Assembly (NCBI RefSeq): GCF_037042905.1
Contig: NC_087245.1
Location: 36,892,001 to 36,956,000 of the forward strand
Direction: 5' to 3'
Length of the DNA: 64,000 bases
DNA from: Lytechinus pictus
Taxonomy: Eukaryota
Shown here piece by piece: positions 51,014-64,000 of this stretch. Made by a program: the position numbers and the translations under genes. The notes below the pieces were generated by a model that saw only the letters and a program-made list of their open reading frames with translations, was not told the DNA's origin and searched no databases. The stretch's first letter is position 1; each line of letters starts with the position of its first letter.

Positions 51014-51102
51014 GCCAATCAATCAATCAATCAATCAGCCAATCAATCAATTAAGCAATCAGTCAATTAATAGTCAATAAATTAATAATTCAATCAATCA
51101 AT
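50792..51102. repeat. (TCAA)n microsatellite
   Basis: Directly visible. Confidence 0.95.
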
Positions 51103-52118
51103 AAAATAATTGGTTTAATCGACCCTTTCGCTTAATAGGAAAAGTTTGCAACTTACAAAAAATATTTCAGTCATAATCGTATTGTCATCTGAGGTATTAT
51201 AGGTGCAGAATGTACCGATCATCCAAACAAGACATTAAATATCCTTAAATCATGTTCTTCAAATCACATTACTGAATGTGTTAAGGTCATGGGTGTGTCG
51301 ATCTACAAGTATACCAGGAGTTAAAGAAAGAGGGCAACGTCGCACCCTTCTTACTGGTTCCCACACCCCTCATCTCGGTGTGATCCTAATAAAGTGACCT
51401 TCAAGTTCTCGTTTTTTACCCAGCTGGATCCCGTTGTGTGCCGTGCCGCGGGAAGAGTGTATCATGGTATACAAATACTTGGCTTGGAAACAAAATTCTA
51501 CTTCCAACTTCAACCAGTGGCGGATCAAAGGGGGGGGGGGGGGTGGGGGCACTGGCCGGGGGCGCCCCCCCTTTGAGATCCATAAAAAAGTGTTAATGTA
51601 AATATGCCGTTCTTACACAAGTGTGCCCCCTATTCGAAAGTCACAGCATATATTTTTTATGTGAATATGTCGTTAATACACAAGTGAGGAGGGCCTCCTT
51701 TTTTTCTTTGTTTGTCAAATTTTACGTGGACGAAATGACCTTCACTTTTTGGTGATATCCTTTTTTTTGGCTTGTCAAATTTTCCTCGGGAAAATGTGTG
51801 CCCCCTTGGAAAATCCTGGATCCGTCCCTTAATTCAACTATTAGTAAAAGATAATGTAAAGGAGTAAAATTATAGGATCAAAGATGCATAGTTTTTTATT
51901 CGCATGCAATCCATGAACGTTTGGTAATCAGGGCCGTAGCTGGAAATTCTTGGTGGAGGGGGGGGGGGTCTGAATTAGAAAAAGTGATCCTTTTTCCGAT
52001 GCGTATTCTAACCAAATACCAAGAAAACTAAATGGGGGGTTCATTGGAAACCCTGTAACTTTCCATCCACCAAGCTAAAATGAACGACTTTCCTCCGTCT
52101 TTTTTTTCTTCCCTCTCT

Positions 52119-52152
<34 letters not shown>

Positions 52153-53419
52153 GGGGGGGGGGGGGGGCTGTTGGTGAGAGGCGGGGTTCCGCGGATGCCA
52201 GGGAACCCCCCCGCCCGGCTACGGACCTGGTTATGAGGGTCCAGTATAAATAACCTAACTAAAATAGTTACAATTGATTATAACTCATGCTCATGTGTAT
52301 TTGCTTGACTTTGCCACAGACAGTGAGGCCTATGCTTTAATATCTACCACCGAGACTGTCGGTTGTATCATATTATTTTTTTACAGGGAAATGTATACAT
52401 TGTGCACAAAATCAGCCTATGCAATTGTAGACCCTCATGTAGGCCCTAATTCCTTTGATATACAAATATTACAAATGAGATCAAGTCTATTTGATTTCCT
52501 GAACTATCTAATATATCCAGTTGAGTGCTCATGAATCATGGATAAAATAATGTTCCAAGAAATAAAATTCACACTGGAAATTTTGCTACATGTCGATCGC
52601 AAATTCCTACTCTCAACAGAAATTAACCAACCCCCCAATTTTGGTTAAAGTATAAATCGACCAACTGTTGTTTTAAAAAAAAAATCCCAATTCATTTTGC
52701 ATGCAAGTGTATTTTAACCAACAGTTAAATAATTCATGTTTTAACCAACTTGTAGGTTTTTGTTTAAAAAAAAATCTTTCAAAAGTGTTTCGTCACCCAT
52801 GACAATTCACTAAGAGAAGTTACCCCGGTTACCATAGCAACGGAGCAATAATATCCCTGTGCTTATTTTCTATACCATTGCCTCTATAGCATTTCGAGTT
52901 TCTCCTTTTTTATGCTTCTTTTTTTTGTCCGCTCCCCCCCCCTTTTTTTTTTGGGGGGGGGGTCGATCTTTTCACCTGCATGGTGATTTGATATAGGCCT
53001 ATCTTGAGTGGTTTGAATGTTAAAGGCTTGCTGGGGAAGTTTCATTATATTGTAAATACTTATGGCTTTCTTCCAATGAATAAAAAAGGTGGTTTGTTCT
53101 TCATAATTTGAGTATAGGCCTGTGTGTGCGTGCGTGTGTGTGAGTGGGTGTTTGCATTTCGCCTCGATGAGTTTTAACATTCCATTTTGAAAATAACACT
53201 ATTATATACGGTATAGATGGTCCTTGGATATCATCAATTCACTCTAAATGCATGTTGACAAAGGCGAATATTTCCCCTGTAATCTTATCGCGTGTAATGT
53301 AGTACTTAGAATTTTAAACAGGTACTGGTTAGAAGTCTCACGGATAGACAGACGGCATATGTGGTATCAAAATATGATACACCCCAGTTCACACGAATTC
53401 ATTACATCTTTAGGAGCAG

Positions 53420-53577
53420 GACCCCGTTGCATAAAAGTTATCATTATGGTCACTTTGCCATCCAATGGTAACTTGCATGGAATCTTTGATTTTGATTGGC
53501 TGTTGGTCAGCGTTACCATGGTAGTTACCATTGGATCGCAAATTACCATTATAGTAACTTTTTTTTGCAACGGGGTG
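53420..53577. mobile_element. Hairpin MITE with CAG TSD
   Basis: ACCCCGTTGCA ... TGCAACGGGGT; GATTTTGATTGGCTG core. Confidence 0.8.
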
Positions 53578-56500
53578 CAGGTATTTTAACTTGAGTGCAG
53601 GCAGTGGCGTTTGCAGGGGAGGGGGGGGGATGATGAAACCGCCTCCCCAGAAATTTTGAGAAACGAAGGAAAAGGGTAATCCGCCCCTATAAAATTCTGG
53701 TGTCGCATCTGGATGCAGACGCATGTACACATAATATAGGAGCAGGTTCCATACAGTATATAAGGCATACAATCATGACCATATACAAACAGAAAAGAAG
53801 ACTTTGCTTGTATTGTGTTTGGTTAATTTTCGTTCAGTGACACCATATGGAGCTATACGGTGATACACTTTTATCTTCTTTAATACTTTTGTTGCTTGTT
53901 TTGTCATTTTTTCCGAGAAAAAAATCTCATTTTGGAGTGATAACCCTCAATTGTCACATTGAAACTCCCTAAAAACTAAAATAGTTTATGGGCTTATTTG
54001 TGACATATCCTCTATAGAATTTCACAAGCACATTCGCAATAAGATCCTTGACAACTTCAATGGAGTAAAGTGACTTAAATATAAACTGGGTTCCAAAAGA
54101 AACTGATCAAACTGTACACGGTTACTGCACAAATTCCACCCAGTCAAAATGAACAATATTTTTACACAGGCTAGCTTCAATAATCTTTGCCAAGCACATG
54201 TCAATAATTAAGAGATTGGTTCAATCACAGAGAGGCTATAGCCCCTCACAGCAATTGGTTTGCCCTTCAGAATCCAAAGTCACGAAAAGGCAAAAGAAAG
54301 ACCGATGAAATTGAGATGGGATTAACAAACGAGTGGAGAAGGAAAGGAATATCATTACGTAGCCATTATTACATACCCTCCAACACAAGAGGACGAATAC
54401 AGCAAAAATCTAAATTTTTTGTTGACTGGATATTGAAAAGTGCAAATATATTCTTAGCTTTGATGATATATCTCTTGATATGCTGTGAGGAACAAAAATC
54501 AACGTAAAAAGGTTAGATAAGCTATTAGTTATTATTTTCAGGGCAAAGGGAAAAAAATGTTTCAAAGAGATGGGCCTGTCGGGTATAGGACCTACAATAG
54601 CCTCGTCAACAAAATGATGCATGATAATAAAAAAAAAGACATTACCGTGAAAGGGATTATTGGATCAAGCTAAACCTCGCATTTTCTTGGAATATATTTG
54701 ATTGATATTTGGTCTTATTTTATATCGTCGAGATAACTCATTCTTAAAGGAATGTTGATAAACAAGTTATAACAGTATCAAAAATGTGATTGGGTATCTG
54801 ACATCAACCCCCCCCCCCCCATTAAAAAAAACCCTCCCCTATCAATTATCGGACCCTCGATATTATTTTCTTTGTTTTCATACAAAAACTATAGACTTAT
54901 CTTGTTACCGTCAAGGAGATAAAATATACCAAACATTTGTTTCTCCTATAATTCGCCTGCTCTATCTCTTACCACTTTCCATTATCATACTTCGGCAGGA
55001 GCGGTGCCAGAACATTTCGAAGGGAGGAGGGGTAGGGGGCACATTACAATCCAACGGTCATTTTCTTTTCAATTAAATAATATGGTAATTAACGTTAAAC
55101 TCCTAAAAACTCTTCTTTATTGTCTCCTATCTCTTTCGTTTTCCTCCATTTTTCTTTTTCTCACTTTTTTTTTCACTAGTAGAAATAATCGTAGGGTCAG
55201 TCGCCCCTTGCCCAGTATGAAACTGCCCCTGTAATATGTAGGCTTATACTCCAATACGACGTATTGTGTCCCATTTTGTCAATAACTGACTAACCAAGAT
55301 GAAATTAAATTTTATATGTGATTGGGGTAAAGGTTGAGGAACGAATGAAAAGGTAGCTAGGTCACATTCCAGATACTGTCAAGTCAAGGGTCGAGGAACT
55401 TGGAAAACGTAAAGAAAACTCTTGTTTCTCCTTCGTGACACCCTCAAGACGTAATCATGATCGATGGATACTGCATTTAAAGGCCCGTACGAGAGGGAGT
55501 GAGAATGCTAAAGAAAATGAAAGAAAATCCACATTAATTTTTGTCAAACTATATTTTAGATTTTAACAAAAGTCAAGATTTTAGTATACCCCCAAAATCT
55601 CAAAGCCGTAGAATGCCGAGATAATACAAAGTCAAGATTATAAGCATTTTTGTAATAGAACTGAAAGAATATTTACAAAAAACATGTTTAAAGTGAGAGG
55701 AGGGGAATATGACAAATAATACTAGTAATGGTAATACAAAATATGAAAAAGATATCTCACGAATCACACAAATTTTCACTTTTGGTCATAGTAACAATAA
55801 TTATTGACAACAATGTCCGCTTTTAATAATGCATCAAATTGCAATACTATAAAAAGAACAGTATTAAACTTTGTACGTAGGCCTACACCCCAGCCCCTCA
55901 AAATTTAAACAGAATTCAGTGCGATTCGAACGACAAATTTGTTCTTTATAACCAATTGTTGGGTAAACCTTTTTAAGTGTGTATAGTTGAAAGAGAAAAA
56001 GTACAGTGAGTTGTCCTGGGTTGTTGAAAATTTTCCTTCGGATAACATATACCATCTTATCTGTTCTCCTTGTCATCATTGTCATTTGCCGCCAGGTATG
56101 ACCTTCGAAGGAATGTTAAACAACACTACACTGCAGAAGTAACGGTTTTAAAACTACACCATTGTGATATTCGCGGTGTAAGTTAAACATATTTTATTTA
56201 ATTAGGCCTATGTGTGTTTTTCGACTACACACTTGAAATGTTGGGCAACATACTGACCACTGTGTTGGGTAATGTATGTTGGTTAAATATATATATATTT
56301 TGGGCAATAATTTTTATCCAATTGAGCAAATGTATTACCCAACTATTAGTTTTTAACTTTTTATTACCCAATTTGGGCAGATTTTAACCAATAGTTGTGT
56401 GGACAGTATGTTGCCCACGGTTGTCTAAAAGTTGGCCGTTTTTTGCCCAACTATTTTAAGAGTGTATATATTTGATATTATACACAAAGTCCATGGTGTA

Positions 56501-56610
56501 TTTTAACACCTTAAGCTGCAGTCCACTCAGAACAACGATTGGTGTTATGTTAGCATCTATAGTGCTGCACTGCAGCGAATAAATCGGACCTGATATTAGA
56601 TCATGGAGAT

Positions 56611-56889
56611 CAGTGGCGTACCTAGGATTTTCCACAGGGGGGGGCAAATTCGTCCGCCAAAAAATTTGACCAGCCAAAAAAAAAAAAAAGGGTCTTCAAC
56701 CACAAATAAAGGATTTCGTACCAGAAAATAATTTGACAAGCAAAAAAAAAAAAAGGTCTTCAACCACAAATAAAGGATTTCGTACCAGGAAAAATTGGTC
56801 TTCAAGACTCGTCAGGGGGCAGGGATATGTCCCTTGCATGGGTTGTGACTCGTCAGGGGGGCAGTCTGCCCCCTGTAGGTACGCTAGTG
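56611..56889. mobile_element. hAT-like MITE with 8-bp TSD and an internal tandem duplication of about 60 bp
   Basis: CAGTGGCGTACCTA / TAGGTACGCTAGTG; ATGGAGAT duplicated at 56603-56610 and 56890-56897. Confidence 0.9.
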
Positions 56890-57101
56890 ATGGAGATACA
56901 TAAATGGATCATTATCTGTTTCACCAAAGGCAAGGTGAACACATTCGTCGTCCCAGGCATGGTGATCTTCATGGTCGTCCTGAAAGGACCAACCCATAAA
57001 GAAAAAAAAAAATCTTTCACATCTTTTATCTGGAGTGGGAATTTAAATTGTCAAACAATCTGACATGAAATGAAAAAGGAAGGTGACACACTGCAAAGCA
57101 G

Positions 57102-57252
57102 GGTTCCGTTTCATAAAGACTTGTTATAATAACAAATACAATATTTCTATAACAAATGTACCATCAGCCAATCAAATGGAAGGATTTCGCTAGCTTTTAA
57201 CTGTTATTGCAACTTTGTTATTGTAACAAGTTTTTTTTTATGAAACGGGCCA
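57102..57252. mobile_element. Hairpin MITE with CAG TSD; same family as 8764-8906 in opposite orientation
   Basis: CCGTTTCATAAAGACTTGTT ... AACAAG..TTATGAAACGG. Confidence 0.85.
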
Positions 57253-59283
57253 CAGGTCTCGCCCCACCCGCTATGAATTAGACACCCCCATTCTTTCTTG
57301 ACTATTTTATGAAAACTGCCCCACTGGTTCATGATCCCACATCCAAAAAATAAAAAATTTAGGGCCTCAAATATAAGCACAGGATGCTTTTTCAGAGGTC
57401 CTGGCTCATTCATATGTATTTGTTTACTTTGTAACTTCTTGATTGTTTTAATTTGCCAAATAAAATTGAATTGAATTGAATCCAACGTCTGAAATTATAA
57501 CAAAATCTTTATTTTCTGAAAACTTAGAATTTGATTTGTGGCATCATATGCGAGCAGCTTTCCTATATATCGTATGGTAAAGAAATGAAATGAAAATTAT
57601 AGAAATCATATTGCGTATGACAAAATGTTTAGAAATATGCGTAATTGATTCAGCCATTCCAAAATTATTTCCTTTAATGAAGGACAATAAATGCTAAACA
57701 AAAACATATTTTACAAAGAATAAGAGGGTCTTTTTATGGTATTTTCCGCTCATATTTGATAAATAATTTTGTCAGTTCATTTTCATTTGAACTTTATTTC
57801 GTTAGGAGATGGCGGACTCGTGAGAAACTTTTTGTTTTTCCTTCTTCTTCTTCTTCTTTTTGGTAGGCCCTATACTTTTGAGGCAAGTAGGCATATAGGT
57901 GCTTGGTTCTAGGAATGACTTTGACTCGTAAACTTGTCTCGGAGAATAGAATGATTTATGATACAAATAAAATAATATCGTAACACGTCAACGCAAGAGA
58001 AGGGTCACTGCTGTGGCATCGAGGGAGAAGGGTATAGGATGAGGGAGAGAGAGGGGGGGGGGTCGTGGAGGGTCTGATGTTGCCCAGGACGCATTTTTTT
58101 CTTCGATACGCTTCCTTTTAAGTGGAAGCATCTTACGAATTCGAAAGTGAGTGAAATGCCAGGTTCCATTTAAAAAAGAAAAATCGAATAGCTGTTTTTA
58201 GATTCAAGAAGCTTCAATGCCTGTGACAGACATTAACAACGACAGAAAGAGAGCGATGGAAAGGAAAATACTAAACCTAAATTATTTTTAAAGGCTGGTG
58301 TGAAAGTGTATTGTTACATACAGATTATTAAAAAAACCCTCATGGATATTTTCAAGAATCATGGGGAGGTAATTAATGACCCCCCCCTTCCGAAAGCACC
58401 GAGGCCCAAATCTAATTTTGTCTCATTTTGTCTCTACTTTTGTCTCAATTCTATCGCCAACGCTATCATGTGCTATCATGGCTATGATATAATTTACTAC
58501 ACTTCAAATAGAATACTGGACTGAATATATATTCGGGTCGGACGCCGCGATTTTTAATCTAAAAAATGTCGTTATAATAATCAATTGCTTTTTGTAGCAG
58601 GTCGCATTTTTTAGTTATTCACCTTGCCTTTTTACACCGGCGTATAGATGGGGTTTGAGGGCACTTGCCCCAATAAAAGTCCGACGCCCAAGAAAAAAAG
58701 AACCCGAAGAAGTGGAAAACGAAAGAAGAAAAGGAAACGGAGCAACATATTATTTTCTGAATATTATGTCAACATCTAACGAAGATAGATTTCTTAAAAC
58801 TTCCAGATGTTCACTCACCTGCAATCTTTTAGATTTTTTTTTTATATTTTGAAGTTTTTTTTTAATTTTCAAAATTTTATGACATAACAAAAACAATAAT
58901 CATACAAAATCAAAAGATTGTGCAACAATAATCAAAGGTTACCACCATACGCCATTTTCTGTTCCCCCAAATATTATTTGGCTCAATACGACACTGCCCC
59001 TTATATGGAGATATATGAAGGAATAATTTTGCAATGATAAGTCATAAAATTTTATTGCTACTTGGAATTAGCGTTATTCTCGAAGCTTGTTAAATGTCTG
59101 CTATTATATTATATCCTCCAACATACATAATGTGCCTACATGATTGTAGATATCACCCCCAAAACAGTAAATTGTTGACGTTTCCTTTATTTTTTTTTTT
59201 TCACTTTCAGGTCCACTAATTCTCCTTGAACGTGGTTTTGGAAGTCAGATATTTCCTCTCAATTTTACAATTCTACCATCATC

Positions 59284-59380
59284 ATGCATGCCCAGTCAGC
59301 CAGTCAACTATGTCACCATATATTGGTTTTCACGTTCGTCATTGCTGCGATTTCATGCACCATTACCAAAGCACAAACCG
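59284..59380 (+). CDS. Signal-peptide exon (exon starts at 59211 after TTTCAG)
   Basis: MHAQSASQLCHHILVFTFVIAAISCTITKAQT hydrophobic core; G|GTAGGT phase-1 donor. Confidence 0.75.
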
Positions 59381-62300
59381 GTAGGTTTATCATACTAAAA
59401 TTAAACTTGCCTTCGGAATGAGTCAGTTTTCTTTGTTTGTTATGTTTTATTATTGCTTCCTTATGTATGCCATTAACATTTAAAAGAAATTTGTGAATAA
59501 TGAATCCAAGAAACATAAGCATAAACAAAATTGAATTATAGGGCCTGAATTAAAGAAGTGATGTGGCTCAGTGGATAAGTCTGCGCACTTTGAACTACAA
59601 GGTCCGGGGCGAGGTGTTTGTCTACATTTGCCACTCTCCACCCAGGTGTAGTAGATGGGTACCCGGTAGGAAGGAATTGCTTGAATGCTCGAGCACCTGA
59701 TCAGACCATGGACCTATCACATGATCAGACTAGCTGGAAACATTGTATTAAAGGGATGGTCCAGGCTGGAGATATTTCTGTCAAAAAATAGAGTAAAATA
59801 TTGATAAACTTTGAAATTCAATAACTTCGTTATTTGTTATCCGATTTTGATGAAATTTTCAGCCTTTTGCTTTGTGAATTTTACTCTATTTATTTAGATT
59901 GAATATTTTCAACCCGGACCATGCATCCCTTTAAGCTATATATAAATGTTGCATATTATCTTTTATAGGCTGTACACGTTGATTTATGTTTGTTTTCTTT
60001 TGTGCAGTTTCAGGACGCTATCTTACGGATACTACACCTATCAACCTTACATCACCAAATTATCCGAATCACTATCCGAACAACTTGAACTTTGCATATC
60101 ACATAACTGTGCCGGACGGATGTCGGATATTGGCCAAATTCCATTTTCTAAGCCTTGAAAGCAACAGCGATTTCCTGTCATTTGGAGATGGTATTGGGAG
60201 AGAACTTATCCGACTAACCGGGAGGTATTCGCCCCCGACTATTCTTTCTCCGGCTAACGTAATGTGGATGAATTTCACAAGTGACGCCAGTAGTTCGGAT
60301 ATCGGATTTCAGTTTGAAATTTCTCTGTATAACAAATCAGGTATATCCCCAGTCGCAGCCGACCTCTACACTGTAAAAAATATTGGGTGAAATTTTCACC
60401 ACCACAAGGGTAATCATTTGTCCAACCAATTTGGGGCAGTATTTTACCCAATGCGGGAAGCATATTTTCCAGTAAAGTTGAAATATATATAAGCAGCGAT
60501 TCTTTAGAATGGGCAAAACTTTCATCACACTGCATAAATAAAAATGCCCAAAAGAAATACCCCATGTTGGTTGGACACATAATTACCCTCATGGAACACT
60601 TTTACCCAATATTTTTCTTTAGTGTATATATATTTTTTCCTTTCTCTCTCATTATGTTTTCTCCAAGTTTATCTTCAAAATAGAAAGTATTCTCAAATTA
60701 AATAATGTAACACTTTTTTTATCGCACAATCAACCAAGAGAGTCTTGATATAAAATAATATTGTGATTAGAGTGTCTGTCAGGATAATGGTTATAAAAAA
60801 TCCAAGAGGAATGAGAGGGGCGGATCCAGGATTTTCCAAAGGGGGGGGGGGCACATTTTTCCAAGGAAAATTTTACAAGCCCCCCAAAAAGGATCTTCAC
60901 TTTCAAAGGGGGGGGGGGGACATTTGTGTTTTAACGGCATTTTTTATATTACAAATTTTAATTGTGCCTCTCAAATAGGGGGACACGGGCCGGCTGTGCC
61001 CCCTCCCCCTGGATCCGCCAGTGGTTACTTTATAATTATCAAGGAAATCATATAGCATATTAATTATATGAATTAATGAAAGTATTGTTAAAGGTCAAGT
61101 CCACACCAAAAAAAATGTTGATTTGAGTAAATAGAGATAAATCAAACTATCATAATGCTGAAAATTTCATCAAAATCGGGTGTAAAATAAGAAAGTTATG
61201 ACATTTTTAAGTTCCACTTATTTTTCACAAAACAGTGATATGCACAACTCAGTTGCATGCAAATGAGACAGTCGATGGTGTCTCTCACTCACTATTTCTT
61301 TTGTTTTTTATTGTTTGAATTATACAATATTTCATTTTTAACAGATTCGACAATAAGGATCAACTTGACAGATCCATATAGTATTAATCAATGTTAATTT
61401 CACATGTTCAGGGCGGAATAAATCGTTGTTTCACTTGACAACGAGGAGAAAAGTAGAATCTTTCATATTTCACATAATAAAATACAAAAGAAATAGTGAG
61501 TGGATGACGTCATCAGTCTGCTCATTTGCATACCGACCACGATGTGCATATAACTGTTTTGTGAAATTTAGCGAAACTTTGAAATATCATAACTTTCTTA
61601 TTTTTCATCCGATTTTGTTGAAATTTTCAATGTTAGGTTTGTTAGATTTTTCTCTTTTAATTCAAATCAACTTTTTGTTGGGGTGGACTTGTCCTTTAAT
61701 GACCATTTATCTCTTCTCCCTACTATGGGCTAATTGTATTCATTAATATTCTTAATGCCTGGCAGTCACGGTGGCGTACGCAGGGGGGGGGTTACAGGGG
61801 TTCAAACTCCCTTAAATTTGTTTGATACCCACCCCCCCCCCCAGAATTCAACCCCCCAAAAAAATTGAAGACTTTTTTTTTTTTGGGGGGGGGGGGGTTG
61901 TCAACATTTCATTCAGCTTGAACCCCCTTTTAAAAATCATGCGTATGCTACTGATGCCTATAATTTCTTCCTTTATGGGGGGGGGGGGGGCTTATGCATA
62001 TATATATGTTTTTTCTTTTTTGTTTGTTTTAAAGCCCTACTTAGCAAAAGCCTCTAATATTCTTTTTCATTTCATTTTAAACAAAAACACCGGATAAAAC
62101 ATCCTTTTAGAACAGTTTTCCAAACTAAAAATCGAATGAAATATACTACAGCACTCAAACAGATTAATAATGAATGCAGGGGACGCAGAACTGATGGGGG
62201 TGGCTTATGGGGCTTCTACCCCCACCCTTTCCAGTAAACATGTACAAAACCTACAATTTCAAAACCGTTCCACGACCCGTGCTTTATTATTTCTTTTACT

Positions 62301-63301
62301 ATATAGGTGTTCGTTTAGTAGATGGCACAACTGTCTTTAACGGTCGGGTTGAGGTATACACGGATTCCTACGGCTGGGGCACTGTATCTAGCTTGAGATG
62401 GAACCTAAAGGATGCTTCCACAGTCTGTAAAGAGCTTGGTCTTCCTGGGGCTATAAGCGAGGTCACCAATGCTTACTATGGACCTGGAACAGGCGTAGTT
62501 GTCATGACTAATGTCGACTGCAGTAATGGTATCGAACTTTTTTTTATAACTCATTCAAAATTATGTTTATCTATCACAATGTACCTTTTCCCCCTCTTTA
62601 TCTATATATACCACCTCTCATTCATTAAAACTATATATACTACCTTCACATCAGCCTGAGATAGGACTAATTTTGACATTTCAATGTTTGTTTAAAAACA
62701 AAACCCCGATTTGTTGGTTTGAATTCGTTTGACCTATTGTTTGCTAAATCCATACAAATTCTGGTTGATTTTTTTTTCTGCTAGCATAGGAAGACATTAT
62801 ATTTCCGAACACATATTTTATTTTTAATACCGGTCTTTTTCCAGATCGTATCTAATAATATATTACTTATTCCTAATTGATTAAGATTTTATCATTTTCC
62901 TTTGGATTCATTTTTTTTGTAATTTAATCACAATAATTCCAAATTATACTACTACGTAATCAGTAAATTGTTTTGAAAGAAAATAATGAAATTACATAAA
63001 CGATCTTACTTTGTATATTGCCTAGGAAAAGCTAGTTACAAAAGCTTCGTCATGGGTTTACATAAATTACAGTGCAACATTGGTCTTGATAACAAAAGGT
63101 ATTGCTTTCAAATAAAATATTTTATAATGAATAGCTATACATAGTTATATATTGTGGACAAAATTTAAATTTAATCTTTACTAGCAAGAATCATCATTTT
63201 CCTACTCTTTTTGTCAGATATCTTCCGACTTCAGGATTGTAATTTTCAAAGTCCCTGTTCTGCTTGCCCACACTCCCAAGATGCTGGGGTAAATTGCCAC
63301 C
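59284..63301 (+). CDS. Secreted or cell-surface CUB + SRCR domain protein (DMBT1/scavenger-receptor-like), 5' part; continues beyond the window
   Basis: Four phase-1-linked exons: 59284-59380, 60008-60340, 62307-62528, 63218-63301. Confidence 0.85.
59560..59700 (+). mobile_element. Degenerate tRNA-derived SINE
   Basis: GTGGCTCAGTGG A-box; CTCTCCACCCAGGTGTA..ATGGGTACC body. Confidence 0.6.
60008..60340 (+). CDS. CUB domain exon
   Basis: LTSPNYPNHYPNN...F.LE..DFL..DG...M.FTSD.S....GF CUB signature; AG/GT boundaries, phase 1-1. Confidence 0.9.
60369..60624. mobile_element. TA-flanked MITE with CACT...AGTG ends; relative at about 56129-56464
   Basis: TA|CACTGTAAAAAATATTGGGT ... ACCCAATATTTTTCTTTAGTG|TA. 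Confidence 0.75.
60816..61023. mobile_element. G-rich MITE with GGCGGATCCAG TIRs; relative at about 51515-51829
   Basis: GGGGCGGATCCAGG ... CCTGGATCCGCCAGTG. Confidence 0.75.
61092..61695. mobile_element. Kolobok-like TTAA MITE
   Basis: TTAA|AGGTCAAGTCCAC ... GTGGACTTGTCCT|TTAA. Confidence 0.88.
62307..62528 (+). CDS. SRCR domain, N-terminal exon
   Basis: VRLVDG....GRVEV....WGTV...W...DA.TVCKELG...YGPGTG...NVDC. Confidence 0.92.
63218..63301 (+). CDS. SRCR domain, C-terminal exon
   Basis: DIFRLQDC...CPHSQDAGVNC; TCAG acceptor, GTAAGT donor. Confidence 0.9.
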
Positions 63302-64000
63302 GTAAGTAGAAACTATCGAGGTGATTGGCTGGATGCGCATCACGTGACAAGCTTATATTTTGTTATATTTCCCCTGTGTATGATAGAACTCAACATCCAA
63401 TGAACTGGTCAAACGCCTTTTCAATTCAATCCAGGAATCCCTGATGATTTAGGGATTGACTTTTGCCTCTGTCCAAATACCGCTCTGTTTGTGGGCTAAA
63501 ACAATATATTTTTCATTCCCAATGTGTGCACCCGACAGTTTGAGTACATGCTTTCCCCTCGAAGATTTACCCCCATTTAATAAAATAGATATGGCTCTTT
63601 TAATTAGGGAGACATTATAAGCTTTTGGTTGTATTTTAAGATTAAATACAATATATTTACATTATGAAAATCATTCAAATTACATTCAATCTTATTGTAA
63701 TTTGTGTCACATCTAACTATTAGATATTTTACTGTGCTAATCCTTATAATGGACTTATTTTTGTCCAATATTTCTTCCTCTGCTTGTGTGTTTGGTTATT
63801 TTTAAAACATATTTCATCTACAATAGCTTTTGACAGAATAGAATAGTGGAATGTATAGGGTTATGCCTCATTAAATTTTTTTCTGATTATTCACAACCAG
63901 GGCCAAACTACTTAGGGTGCTACAACTTACCAAATCTCCAATCCGGTTCGAGTACTGCCAAAAGTGTCGATGCCTGTATATCTAAATGCGACCAGGCCAG

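Overview
Eukaryotic, AT-rich, intron-containing genomic DNA. The gene content and repeat types point to a marine invertebrate deuterostome, most likely a sea urchin (inference). Three genes are supported. (1) The last coding exon of CASD1 (sialate O-acetyltransferase) on + at 338-604. (2) A complete beta-catenin gene on the - strand: 16 coding exons from ATG 26895 to TAA 7315, all GT-AG and phase-consistent, 2466 nt = 821 aa. It probably has a non-coding first exon near 39.6-39.8 kb and a multi-kb 3' UTR convergent on CASD1. (3) The 5' part of a secreted or cell-surface CUB + SRCR protein on + from 59284, running off the window. Introns and intergenic DNA are dense with non-autonomous DNA transposons (CWG-TSD hairpin MITEs, TTAA elements, an 8-bp-TSD hAT-like element, a 6-bp-TSD element), tRNA-derived SINEs and long microsatellites. 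The most interesting patterns are: chains of TA-CATG-TA / TA-GGCC-TA / TA-CTG-TA units concentrated in beta-catenin intron 1 that resemble serial transposon excision footprints; hairpin MITEs with unrelated stems but a shared CCAAT-containing loop; an intronic HNF4/Fox/GATA motif cluster; a symmetric exon carrying the beta-catenin degron; and non-canonical cysteine patterns in the CUB and SRCR domains. All coordinates were read by eye and repeat boundaries may be off by a few bases.
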